Source: a bacterium
GTDB lineage: Bacteria > Patescibacteriota > Patescibacteriia > Patescibacteriales > UBA12465
Direction of reading: 5' to 3'
Assembly (NCBI GenBank): GCA_035388665.1
Contig: DAOOQF010000001.1
Coordinates: 1 to 60,849 of the forward strand
DNA length: 60,849 nt
In this document: positions 37,837-47,573 of the stretch, piece after piece
Numbering within the stretch: position 1 is the first letter of the stretch
Layout of the letters: every line of letters starts with the position of its first letter
Translations under genes and position numbers: made by a program
The notes under the pieces: model-generated
Told to the model about the DNA's origin: nothing
The model's input: the letters and a program-made list of their open reading frames with translations, nothing else
Database searches by the model: none

Positions 37837-40062
37837 TTATTTTAAAAACTTATTAATTTCATCAAGGGCTTGTTTTTTTTCTTTTATCCAGGTAATTTTA
37901 CCACCCTGTTTTTCCCATCTCCTAAACCAAGACATTTGACGTTTAGAAAATTGGCAAATAGCTATAAATAAATTATTAATTAATTGTTGATAATTTATTT
38001 TTTTTTGCAAAAAATAAGCTACAAATCTATATTCTAAACCAAAACTCTCTAAACGCTTAAAGGAAACTCCCTCTTTTTTAAGCCTCTCAATTTCTTCAAT
38101 CATCCCCTCGTCTTCAATTCTTTTAACCAACCTATTATATATTTTTTCTTTAATAATTTCTCTCTCGGGATTCAAGCCTAAAACTAAAAAATTATATTTA
38201 GGATCGCTTTTTTTAGGCGTGAAGTCTTTTTCCTGTAAAAGAATTTCTAAATACCTAGCCAATCTTCTCTTGTTTTGTAAATCACTACTATTAATATTTT
38301 TAAAAAACTTAATATTAAGTTTTTTTATTTTTGCTTGCAATTCCTTCAGAGACAACTTTTCATATTCATCTCTTTTGGCAAAAGAAGTCTTGGCCGAAGA
38401 TAAATTATAATTATCGACAACCGATTCTAAGTACAATCCACTACCACCCACCAAAATTGGCAAATTGCCTCTCTCTAAAATTTCTTCAATAGCTTTAAAG
38501 GCTAATTTCTGATACTTGGCTAACGAGAAAATTGTTTTTGGATTGGCTATATCAATTAAATGATAAGGAATATCAACACCCTCGTGCTTATATTCAGACA
38601 AATCTTTACCAGTACCAATGTCCATACCACGATAAACTTGCCTACTATCAGCGCTGACAATTTCTCCTTTAAGTTTATGGGCCAGCTCTACCGCTAAAGA
38701 TGTTTTACCGCTAGCAGTGGGGCCTAAAATGGCAATAACCTTAGATTTTTCTTTTAATAATTCTCCGTGTAATTCAAATTCAAAAATTTTAGAAATTTTA
38801 ACTTTAACAAAACTTCCAATCAAGTTCTCTGGCTTTATTTTTTTAGATTTTTTTTCTAGAAAAATTCTAACAATTTTGGAAGCTCTAGTCCGACCAAATA
38901 ATTGTCCTTTTCGACTAATCCCCTCAACCAAAACATCCACTTCTTTACCCAAATATTGTTTATTATTTTTCAGAGCCGTCTTTCTTAATATTTTGTTTAG
39001 AATTACCTCTCGTTCTTTTTTTTCATCGAGCGAAACATTGTCATTCATAGTAGCAGAAAAAGTACCGTACCGAGGACTATACTTGGAAATAAAGGCTAAA
39101 TCAAATTTCATTTCCTCGAAAAGTTTTACAGTATTTAAAAAATTCTTTTTAGCCTCTCCAGGAAAACCAACAATAATATCAGTAGTTATGCTAGCTGAAA
39201 AACCATTTTTAGAATCAAGAGCCTTTCTTATTTTGGAAACTATCTTTTTATATTTTTCTATCTTATATTTTCTGTTCATTAATTTTAAAATATCGTCATC
39301 GCCAGATTGAACTGCTAAATGAAAGTGTTCACAAATATGTCGACCATTTCCCAAAACTTTAATCAATTCAGAGCTAACATCTTTAGGGTGGCTAGTAGAA
39401 AATCTCAACCAGAAATCACCTTCCAGGTTATCAATCATTTTTAACAACTTAGGAAAATCAATCTCTTTGGACTTATAACTATTTACATTTTGTGCAATTA
39501 AGCTTATCTCCTTATAGCCATCTTTTATCAAACTTTTAACATCTCGCAAAATATCTTCAGCCGGACGATATATCTCTCTACCCCGAGCATAAGGAACTAC
39601 ACAATAAGAACAAAAATTATTGCAACCGTTTCCAATCGGCACCAAAGCTGAAAATTTTGAAGATTTTTTAGTATTAATGTCTAGATAATTTTCTATCTTT
39701 TGTCGGGGAAATTTCTTTAATTTAGGAAAATATAGTTTTAAGTGTTTATTTAGAGTCATCAAATCGGAGATATTAAAGAATAACTTAACATCCTTCTTAA
39801 CTCGAGTCCTAACATCAGATCTGTCTGATAAACAGCCAGTAACCGCAATAATAGCCCTTTTATTTCCCTTAATTATTCTATTAATTAAACCATAAGCTCT
39901 ATCTTCGGCTGCCTGCTTAACTCCGCAAGTAACCAAAATAACCAAATTAGCCTTCAAAAAATTTTCCTCTAACCTAAAACCAAGATTTTCTAAATAGAAA
40001 GACAATCTTTCGCTATCAGCTCGATTCATCTGGCAACCAATTACAATTAAATTATAAGTCAT
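37837..40062 (-). CDS. miaB-miaA: Fused tRNA methylthiotransferase MiaB (N-terminal, about 435 aa) and tRNA dimethylallyltransferase MiaA (C-terminal, about 300 aa)
   Basis: N-part: GCQMN / TCGV / GCL cysteines, radical-SAM GCNNFCSYCVVPYARGRE, TRAM-like GKEVDVLVEG...GRT. C-part: VIAILGPTASGKTSLAVELA, SADSRQVYRGMDIGTGK, HLIDI, ILVGGSGLY. One uninterrupted 741-aa ORF. Confidence 0.85.
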   Translation of the reverse strand: MTYNLIVIGCQMNRADSERLSFYLENLGFRLEENFLKANLVILVTCGVKQAAEDRAYGLINRIIKGNKRAIIAVTGCLSDRSDVRTRVKKDVKLFFNISDLMTLNKHLKLYFPKLKKFPRQKIENYLDINTKKSSKFSALVPIGNGCNNFCSYCVVPYARGREIYRPAEDILRDVKSLIKDGYKEISLIAQNVNSYKSKEIDFPKLLKMIDNLEGDFWLRFSTSHPKDVSSELIKVLGNGRHICEHFHLAVQSGDDDILKLMNRKYKIEKYKKIVSKIRKALDSKNGFSASITTDIIVGFPGEAKKNFLNTVKLFEEMKFDLAFISKYSPRYGTFSATMNDNVSLDEKKEREVILNKILRKTALKNNKQYLGKEVDVLVEGISRKGQLFGRTRASKIVRIFLEKKSKKIKPENLIGSFVKVKISKIFEFELHGELLKEKSKVIAILGPTASGKTSLAVELAHKLKGEIVSADSRQVYRGMDIGTGKDLSEYKHEGVDIPYHLIDIANPKTIFSLAKYQKLAFKAIEEILERGNLPILVGGSGLYLESVVDNYNLSSAKTSFAKRDEYEKLSLKELQAKIKKLNIKFFKNINSSDLQNKRRLARYLEILLQEKDFTPKKSDPKYNFLVLGLNPEREIIKEKIYNRLVKRIEDEGMIEEIERLKKEGVSFKRLESFGLEYRFVAYFLQKKINYQQLINNLFIAICQFSKRQMSWFRRWEKQGGKITWIKEKKQALDEINKFLK

Positions 40063-40072
40063 ATTTTAAAAA

Positions 40073-41869
40073 TTAATTAATATTTTCAATTCTGTTTATT
40101 TTATATAAAGAAAAATTTTCATTAATATTTTTTATTAACTCTATTTTCATTCCAAATTCTTTTAATCTTCTATGGTTTAAATATTCCAAATCAGCTTCCG
40201 GCAAGGTAAAATTATAATAATAAACCGGGATGTATTTGGTTAATTTATAATAATTATAATTCATATTATTGTCATTGAATCTTCCGACAATAACCTTTCT
40301 CTCTGGAAAAAGGAATTTATCATGATACTCTGTTATAATAACAGAATCATTTTCGGTAATTTCCAATAAGGCAAGAACCTCTTGCTTGGCAATTTTAGTT
40401 TTATTAAAATAATGCTTTAAACCCTCCTCCGATCCAATATAAACAAATCTCAAAGATAAGCCTATCATCCCGACAACTAAAAAAATACCCAACCAATAAG
40501 ACAAAAAATTAAATATTTTCTTGTTTTTTATCCAGCTAATTAACTTAGAAATATTGTGGAGAAAAACAGCGGTTAAGGGAATAACACCTATATAAATCGG
40601 CAACCAATACCTAGTGTAGGAATTACCAATAGTAAATCTAGTGGGATCTGGGTTGTCAACAAATTTCCAAGAGCCGTAATAAACAACCAGAATCAGAGAT
40701 AAAATAACCCAAGAAATCCCATAGGGCAAGACTTTTCTAAAAATAGCTTTTTGTTTAAAAAACAGATATATTAAGCCAATTATAGCAGGACCAAATAACC
40801 ACCAAAACATCTTTAAACAGTATTCATTAAACATACTCAAGGATTGACGAGGGTGAAAACCAAAATAAAAAATAGTGTTAAAAATGGATTTGGCAAAATT
40901 TTTAATTTCGTTGACGTGACCACTTAAAAAAGACTTTAATATGCCTCCGCTAGCCTGACTAATGCCCTCTATTGATTTATTCATCTCGTAATAACCCCCA
41001 TAGAAAGGTGAATTATATAAAACTTGATTATTATACAGAACTGGCATCAGAGCTAAAAAAATAAAGGAAAAAAATATGGCTAAACGAAAAAAACTAATTT
41101 TTTTATATTTAAAAATTAATAAAACTAAACCAGCGGGGGCTAACCAAATTAACTCTGAGGCTCTGGTTCCAATAGCTAGTCCCAAAAACAAACCTGCTAA
41201 AGCCGAGTACACAAAATCAAAACCAAATAATTTTTTAAAATAATTATTTTTTTGTTTTAAGCTTATGTCCCGCAAAAGAAAATTTTTTATTTTACTAGGA
41301 TTACTTTCCAGCAAGCTTAATAAAAAATATATAGAAATAATAATAAAAGATAAAAAAAGGATGTTATGAAACATGCTTCTGGCGGAATAATAAATAAAAA
41401 CTGGAAAAGAAAATAATAATAAAAAGGAGAAGAAACCAACCTTATCACCAAACATTTTCTTAATAATCAAATAATAAAATAACAAGGCTATGGCCGCAAA
41501 TAAAGGAGTCAAAAATGGAATAACTCCCGAGCCAAAGATATTGGCCACCTCCCCATAAATTATTGTCATGCCCAGAAAACTAACGGGCTTAACTACCCCC
41601 TGCCAAGAAAAATAACTCCTAGGAACAATAATATCATCAGCGATTAAATTATATTTTTCAAAAAAATGTAAATTCCCCCTGTCCTGATATAATTGAGCGA
41701 AAATATAATTAGCATTTTCATCAGGAGAAAAAAATTTTAGAAATTCTTGATTATTCTGAAAAAATGGCAAAATAGAGGTCATAACAAAAAAAAGACCCGA
41801 AACTAAAATAACTGGTAGTAAAAACCGATCTTCTCTAAACTTTACTTTTATCTTATTAACAATATTCAT
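40073..41869 (-). CDS. Polytopic GT-C-type membrane glycosyltransferase (ArnT/PMT_2-like)
   Basis: More than 10 TM segments. First-loop acidic motif SPDENANY and an overall ArnT/PMT-like layout with a soluble C-terminal domain. The family call is by architecture only. Confidence 0.5.
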   Translation of the reverse strand: MNIVNKIKVKFREDRFLLPVILVSGLFFVMTSILPFFQNNQEFLKFFSPDENANYIFAQLYQDRGNLHFFEKYNLIADDIIVPRSYFSWQGVVKPVSFLGMTIIYGEVANIFGSGVIPFLTPLFAAIALLFYYLIIKKMFGDKVGFFSFLLLFSFPVFIYYSARSMFHNILFLSFIIISIYFLLSLLESNPSKIKNFLLRDISLKQKNNYFKKLFGFDFVYSALAGLFLGLAIGTRASELIWLAPAGLVLLIFKYKKISFFRLAIFFSFIFLALMPVLYNNQVLYNSPFYGGYYEMNKSIEGISQASGGILKSFLSGHVNEIKNFAKSIFNTIFYFGFHPRQSLSMFNEYCLKMFWWLFGPAIIGLIYLFFKQKAIFRKVLPYGISWVILSLILVVYYGSWKFVDNPDPTRFTIGNSYTRYWLPIYIGVIPLTAVFLHNISKLISWIKNKKIFNFLSYWLGIFLVVGMIGLSLRFVYIGSEEGLKHYFNKTKIAKQEVLALLEITENDSVIITEYHDKFLFPERKVIVGRFNDNNMNYNYYKLTKYIPVYYYNFTLPEADLEYLNHRRLKEFGMKIELIKNINENFSLYKINRIENIN

Positions 41870-41951
41870 AATAAAACTTTAACAAAAAAGCTCTATATAA
41901 GCAATAAAGGGCAAAAATGCCCTTTATCTGCAAAAATAATATAAAAAATTA

Positions 41952-44909
41952 TTATTCTAAAATATTTTTTAAGCCACTTCTGAAATCTTCAATGGAAAAG
42001 GCCCCACTATTATTTGATCCAATAATCAAAGCTTTATCTTCCATGGCAACCTTATCAAAATTTTCTTGCAAATTTCCAAAAGATTGGTCATTCAAGCCCT
42101 CTTCTATTCTAATCCCGCCAGCTCTAGGAAAGGAGATGTCAACAGATTTGCCAGTCTCGGCATCTCTTAGGGAAAAACCTAGCCTATTACCAAGATTATC
42201 AACTTTTTCTATTATTTTTAAATTAGAAAAATCCTCTCCCAAAACTTCTTTAAAATTGTCTGGAGTTTTAAAGCTTTCGTTAATATTACCAAAACCTTCT
42301 GAAGAAACTTCAACTGAGCTTTCGTTTATTTCTGAAGCTTTAATATCTTTAGAAGAATTATCATTACCTCCTTCGAAATTGTCAACGTTACTGTCTATCA
42401 CTTTTTCGGGAGATGATCCAGTTATAATATTGCCATCACTACCCCTTAAAACAATCTTACCGCTCTCATCATAATCAAGTCTTAGGGCGTTGGGGTCACT
42501 AATAGACTCCATATTACCAGAATTATCAAAGGTTACGGTCTCTGCATTTTCTGAAATATTTTGATCATTTATGATGTCACTATTGGAAACATTATTATCA
42601 GCTATCTTTTCTATAGTTAATTTTCCATCGCTCGAACGAGTCATTTCATATTCTGGTTTTTCAAAAACAATTTCCTCTTCTTCATTATTAATAATGCTTG
42701 GACCAGATAACTCATCCGGAGCAGAAGTATTTAAGTTACTAGCTACATTATTATCAGAATTTATTTCGGGCGAAATTTTTAGATCTTCTGGTTTTAAAGT
42801 GGCCATTTTTTCGGGAACTATATTTTCTTCTGGTAAATAATTATCAACATATTTGGGATTATCGATAATTCCTTGTTTACAAATAACATTTACATTACCG
42901 TCCCCCCCCAAAATAACCTCATCTCCCGGATGAATAATCTTACTGCCAGCAGTGGCTTCAAAAACTTCACCGGTTTGTTCATCAATAAAATTAACTTTAT
43001 AATTACTGCTCATATTTCCATCAAAAATTTTGGAAATACCGTCTCCGCTTTCTATTATTATTGATTTCTGAGGAGCTCCTATTATTTCAGTTATCTTTTC
43101 TGCATTAGAAACATCCACATCATCAAGATTGATATTATTTTCTATATTAGCTTCGCCGACCTCGACATTACCTTCAACACTGGTAGTGTTATCAATGCCC
43201 GAGATAGTTTCACCATTTACCGAAGAAGAATCAACGCCTTCAAGACCGACAACATCACCCCCTCCGTCCGATGAATATTGAAAAAAATCGGGATTTTTAA
43301 TATCAGAGAAAAAATCATCCGATTGAATCTCGGCCTGACCTTCAACAATCTGAACACTATGAAGGTTTTCTGTTATTGAACTAATCATACTAGGAGTCAA
43401 AGCTCCTAATATTGTTCCCCCCACTTTAAATAAAGTAGATTTGAGCTTATTAGCTTCTTGAATTTTTTTATCCTGTAATAGAATATTTTCTTTTCTGTCA
43501 TTTAAATTAACAGCATTAAATCTAGCTCTAATAAGATGAATATATTTATTAGTTTCATCAATATTTTTTTTAATAAATAAATATCTTCCAGGATTTATAT
43601 CCTTAACTGAATTTTTCTCGATTTCCAAAATAGCCCTAGCCTTTGTTTCTTCAAGTCTATCCAGGTCATTTAAGAGATTATCAAATAAATCGATAGAGTT
43701 ATCATCGCTATTATTTTCGTCAAAAACCTTTTTGCTATATTCACTATAGGCTAACTTAATATTATTTAGCTTCTCGGCAAAGATCTGCTCATTAAAATCT
43801 GGAGAGACTTCTTTTTTGTTAATCATGCTATCGGCTAAACCTCCTAAATTCCAGCCCAAATAAGCTCCTAGAATATTTTTGATTACCGGAATCTCTCGAG
43901 CGACCTTACCAGCCGTAATAATAGCTCCACTAATTATTATAGATCTAATAACCTTGGACTCCACTGAAGAAGTTTTTCCTTTTGTTAAAAAATTATTAAT
44001 TTTTTCCATTGCGCCCAATGGTTTAATATTACTAGCCTCTTCTTTTTTAATTTGAGATTTTTCTATGTCTAATTGATATTTATATTTTCTAATAACTTGA
44101 TCCTTAATTTCTGACTCTAGTTGAGGATATTTAATCTCTACAAAATCACTGATAATCTTGTTTCTCTCCTCTTCCGTTTTATTTATTAAAAAGTTTTCAC
44201 TAGAAATTTTTTCTTCTTTCTCCAATTTTCTAACATATAATGACGAAGCAATATTATTGGCTAATTTCTTTTCGTCAAGTTTTTTTCTTATTTCCTTGGA
44301 CTTAGTTTCAATGTTTTTCTTATCTTTTCTGTCAGAGATATATTTTTCTAAATTTCTAAAAAGAGCTACACCAGCTACTCCGGCCACCCCAGCCGTAGTC
44401 AAAGAAACCGCTACTGTTCCAGCTAGATATGCTGGAATTCTAATTAAGGTAGCGATGGGAATATTTTTATTACCAATCTTAATGGTTTTTTTTGATTTTA
44501 AAACTTCAGACTTAGCCTCCAAAGAAATCTTATCATTATAAGCCTCAAAAGCTGCTAAAATTTCATATTTATCAAGACCTAACTTATTTTCCAAATTATT
44601 AATAATCTTATTTAATTTTTTTAAATTTTCTGGAACATCTTTATTAGAAGCAATTAACTCTTCTTCTCGCGCTACGCTCTCTTGCAAAAAATCCAATAAA
44701 TTTGGATTATTAATAAAAAAACTACTCAATTCGCTTAAATCTTTAAAAACTTCGGGCTTCTTAAAGCTTTCTCTCTTAATGCTTTCTAAGCCCTTGATAC
44801 TTTTTAAGTCATCCTCAAACTCCTCTAAAACAAAATTCTGCTGTTCAATATTATTATCAGAATTATTATTTTTTTTATTAACTGCCATATTTTTGTAATT
44901 ACTTTTCAA
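41952..44909 (-). CDS. Large (985 aa) membrane protein of unknown function
   Basis: Acidic/coiled-coil N-terminal region. Gly/Ala-rich TM (AYLAGTVAVSLTTAGVAGVAGVALF). Further hydrophobic segments (IISGAIITAG..., LFKVGGTILGAL). Long Asp/Asn/Ser/Gly-rich C-terminal half. I recognise no family motif. Confidence 0.75.
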   Translation of the reverse strand: MKSNYKNMAVNKKNNNSDNNIEQQNFVLEEFEDDLKSIKGLESIKRESFKKPEVFKDLSELSSFFINNPNLLDFLQESVAREEELIASNKDVPENLKKLNKIINNLENKLGLDKYEILAAFEAYNDKISLEAKSEVLKSKKTIKIGNKNIPIATLIRIPAYLAGTVAVSLTTAGVAGVAGVALFRNLEKYISDRKDKKNIETKSKEIRKKLDEKKLANNIASSLYVRKLEKEEKISSENFLINKTEEERNKIISDFVEIKYPQLESEIKDQVIRKYKYQLDIEKSQIKKEEASNIKPLGAMEKINNFLTKGKTSSVESKVIRSIIISGAIITAGKVAREIPVIKNILGAYLGWNLGGLADSMINKKEVSPDFNEQIFAEKLNNIKLAYSEYSKKVFDENNSDDNSIDLFDNLLNDLDRLEETKARAILEIEKNSVKDINPGRYLFIKKNIDETNKYIHLIRARFNAVNLNDRKENILLQDKKIQEANKLKSTLFKVGGTILGALTPSMISSITENLHSVQIVEGQAEIQSDDFFSDIKNPDFFQYSSDGGGDVVGLEGVDSSSVNGETISGIDNTTSVEGNVEVGEANIENNINLDDVDVSNAEKITEIIGAPQKSIIIESGDGISKIFDGNMSSNYKVNFIDEQTGEVFEATAGSKIIHPGDEVILGGDGNVNVICKQGIIDNPKYVDNYLPEENIVPEKMATLKPEDLKISPEINSDNNVASNLNTSAPDELSGPSIINNEEEEIVFEKPEYEMTRSSDGKLTIEKIADNNVSNSDIINDQNISENAETVTFDNSGNMESISDPNALRLDYDESGKIVLRGSDGNIITGSSPEKVIDSNVDNFEGGNDNSSKDIKASEINESSVEVSSEGFGNINESFKTPDNFKEVLGEDFSNLKIIEKVDNLGNRLGFSLRDAETGKSVDISFPRAGGIRIEEGLNDQSFGNLQENFDKVAMEDKALIIGSNNSGAFSIEDFRSGLKNILE

Positions 44910-44916
44910 AATAAAT

Positions 44917-45249
44917 CTATTTTATTATACTATTTAAAAATTCGGTCATTCCTTCTTGTATCTTTTTATCTAAATCTGGAATATATTTTTTAATAATTTC
45001 TTCTAGTTTACTAGGATCTGGCGACAAAATATCAGAAGAAACCGCCTTTTCGTATTCCTTTAGGCCCTCTTCATCTAGATTTTCTAATATTATTAGACCC
45101 AATCTTCTGGTAATTTGCATCTCTAAACTCTCTCTAAAATCTTTTAACTCTTCCTCTGGCAAATCCTTAATATCTAATTTCTCTATAACCTTGTCGACCA
45201 AAGAAGATATCTCGTCCTTGCCCACAAGAGTTTCATTTAAATTATTCAT
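44917..45249 (-). CDS. Small acidic helical protein (resembles the DUF5663-type proteins common in Patescibacteria)
   Basis: 110 aa with the pattern L.I.DLPEEEL..F.E.L......R.....LE.LDEE.L.EYEK......PD..KLEE.I.KYIPDLD..I.E....F. The family assignment is from memory and is tentative. Confidence 0.6.
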   Translation of the reverse strand: MNNLNETLVGKDEISSLVDKVIEKLDIKDLPEEELKDFRESLEMQITRRLGLIILENLDEEGLKEYEKAVSSDILSPDPSKLEEIIKKYIPDLDKKIQEGMTEFLNSIIK

Positions 45250-45386
45250 AATATTTATTTTAATTATAAAATATAACCAATTGAATTATAACATATTTTA
45301 GTTAAAAAGTCAAAAAGATTCGCGCTAAATTCAAGCTTGAAGTGCAATCAATACAACAAATACCTGTAATTGGTTAGTTTCTTTAT

Positions 45387-47462
45387 TTATTCCAAAATGT
45401 CGCCAGTAGAAGTGCTCAACGAAGATTCTGTTATATTCTCCAAATCCTTAGTAAAATACCAATTCAATATTTCACCAGCTATTGAAGTGGCTATCTGACT
45501 GCCCTCTTTCCCCTCCTCTACTAAAACAGTTAAGACTATTTCTGGATCATTATAGGGAGCAAAGGAGGTAAACCAGGCATGAGGAGTTTTATCGGTTCCC
45601 CATTGAGCTGTACCCGTTTTACCAGCAATTTCCACCGGCAAAGCACTCAATCTGGCTGCACTTCCGCTAATAGCTGTTTGACGCATCCCTTCCCTAAGTA
45701 TTCTAATATTTTTTTCACTAATAAAATTTTGTTTTATTATTTCTGGCTCAATACTTCTAAAAATCTCTTCTCCGTTAAATAAAACTTGTTTGACTAAATG
45801 TGGTCGATATAATTTCCCAAAATTAGCAAAAAAAGAAGTAAAATTGGCCACCTGCAAGGGCGTAACCAAAATATCTCCTTGCCCAATAGAAACATGGTAA
45901 GTGTTTCCAATATACCAACTCTCATTTCTAGTTTCTTCCTTCCACTTGGGAGTAGGAACAAAACCACTGGCCTCCTGAGGTAAATCTATTCCACTTTGTT
46001 TGCCTAGCCCAAACAAATCTAAATATTCTACAATTTTATCAATTCCCAGTCCTTCAAATTTATCATACCCCCCGCCGATGAAATAAAAGAAGGTATTAAC
46101 TGATTCAGCTATCGCTTTTTTAACGTTAGTTATACCATGACCGCCAGCCTTCCAATCAGGAAAAAACCAGGCTCCCACCGATATACCACCAACACTATTA
46201 ACTGTAGTGTTTTCAGTGATCACTTTTTCTTCTAAGGCAGCGGCAGCAATAGTTGGTTTTAAGGTTGAGCCAGAAGGAAAAGTTCCACTAACCGACCTAT
46301 TAAAGAGAGGTCTATTAGGATTATTAATTAAGGCGGAATAATCAGACTGACTTATGCCCTTAGAAAAAATATTGTTATCATAAGAGGGCCAACTGATTAG
46401 AGCTAAAACCTCTCCATTATTAGGATTCAAGGCCACAATAGAAGCTCTTTCCATTCCGGCTTGTTTTAAATATTTTTTTAGAATTTCTTCTGATTTTTTT
46501 TGCAGATCCAAATCTAGGCTCAGAACTAAGCCATGACCATCTTCTGGCAAAATTTGAGAAACAACTTTTTTCTCTCGACCTAAAGCATCAACTTCTACAT
46601 TTTTTTTACCCTTAACTCCCTTTAACTCATTTTCATAGAAATACTCTAAACCAGATTTGCCAATATAATCAATTAAAGAATATTCTTCTCCAAATATCTC
46701 CAATTCTTTCTCAGAAATTTTTTCAGTATATCCAGTCAAATGCGAAAGACTAGAATAATTTTCTTCCGAACTTAAATATTTTCTTCTCATTTTAATTGAT
46801 AGAGAAACTCCGGGCATTTTTTCGGCTTCCAAATAAAGTATCATAGCAGAATTATAATCAATATTGTCCATCAAGAAAAAGGGGCGATAAGACTCTAGAG
46901 ATCCATATTGAATTTTGTCCAGCTTATTTTTGATTTCATAAAAATGAGGGCTATCGCTAATTAATGTAAACTTTGAATTAACAATATTATTTAAGGAATT
47001 ATTTTCTATTCCTGAAATAATATTAGCTAATTTTCTAATTATTTCATCTCTATATAATTCATCTTTAGGCAAGTCTATTGGGGTTAAATATAGCACAAAA
47101 TTAGCTTCATTTTTAACTAAAGGGGTCATATTGGAAGAATAAATTACACCTCTTTTTGGCTCAATACTTTCCGCCCTGATCCTATTGCCCTCGGCTAAAA
47201 TTCGATATTCATCTCCCTTTATTATTTGCAACCAAACCAATCTAATAAATAGTAAAGAAAAAGAAATAAACAAAACTACAAAAATTCGAGAAATCTTAGC
47301 AAAGTCGAATGATCTTCTTAAAGTTTCTTTATCGTTTTCGCCAAATAAAAAAGAATCCTCCATCCAACCCAAATGGTAAAAAGAATCTTTTAAATTTCCG
47401 AAGCTATATTTTTTTTCCTTAATAACAAAAGGATCGTTTTTTTTCTCAAAATTTAATCTCAT
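45387..47462 (-). CDS. mrdA: Class B penicillin-binding protein (PBP2-type transpeptidase)
   Basis: N-terminal TM, RLVWLQIIKGDEYRILAEGNRIR...PKRGVIY, active-site SGSTLKP (SxxK), SVN (SxN), KTGTAQ (KTG). Confidence 0.85.
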   Translation of the reverse strand: MRLNFEKKNDPFVIKEKKYSFGNLKDSFYHLGWMEDSFLFGENDKETLRRSFDFAKISRIFVVLFISFSLLFIRLVWLQIIKGDEYRILAEGNRIRAESIEPKRGVIYSSNMTPLVKNEANFVLYLTPIDLPKDELYRDEIIRKLANIISGIENNSLNNIVNSKFTLISDSPHFYEIKNKLDKIQYGSLESYRPFFLMDNIDYNSAMILYLEAEKMPGVSLSIKMRRKYLSSEENYSSLSHLTGYTEKISEKELEIFGEEYSLIDYIGKSGLEYFYENELKGVKGKKNVEVDALGREKKVVSQILPEDGHGLVLSLDLDLQKKSEEILKKYLKQAGMERASIVALNPNNGEVLALISWPSYDNNIFSKGISQSDYSALINNPNRPLFNRSVSGTFPSGSTLKPTIAAAALEEKVITENTTVNSVGGISVGAWFFPDWKAGGHGITNVKKAIAESVNTFFYFIGGGYDKFEGLGIDKIVEYLDLFGLGKQSGIDLPQEASGFVPTPKWKEETRNESWYIGNTYHVSIGQGDILVTPLQVANFTSFFANFGKLYRPHLVKQVLFNGEEIFRSIEPEIIKQNFISEKNIRILREGMRQTAISGSAARLSALPVEIAGKTGTAQWGTDKTPHAWFTSFAPYNDPEIVLTVLVEEGKEGSQIATSIAGEILNWYFTKDLENITESSLSTSTGDILE

Positions 47463-47537
47463 TGATTTTTTTATTTTATAAAAGGCCTTATTTAAAGACC
47501 TTCTGTAAAAACTTTAATAAAATAATTTGAGCTTAAT

Positions 47538-47559
47538 CTTGCCTAGAAAAATCTAGGCA
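47538..47559 (-). terminator. Hairpin downstream of the last pilin gene
   Basis: TTGCCTAG-AAAAAT-CTAGGCAA is a perfect 8-bp stem, 15 nt after the pilin stop. There is no clean T-run, so terminator function is uncertain. Confidence 0.4.
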
Positions 47560-47573
47560 AATTTAAAATCACA

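Noticed and set aside
41917-42474. 185-aa plus-strand ORF in the track (also 817-1041, 1894-2085, 5167-5349, 9327-9521, 12941-13192, 13466-13699, 15820-16101, 16777-17310, 18192-18419, 19924-20193, 23798-24067, 38717-39310, 44158-44541, 56974-57321, 57997-58233, 58347-58838 and similar)
   Set aside because: All lie antisense inside, or straddling, genes with strong motif support. Their translations are low-complexity (Ser/Leu/Phe/Ile/Lys-rich), as expected for the reverse frame of AT-rich coding DNA. None has a recognisable motif. I treat them as shadow ORFs.
47463-47537. Partial palindrome AAGGCCTTATTTAAAGACCTT between PBP2 and the pilin gene
   Set aside because: The arms are not truly complementary (AAGGCCTT vs AAGACCTT are direct, imperfect copies rather than inverted). 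No stable hairpin forms.
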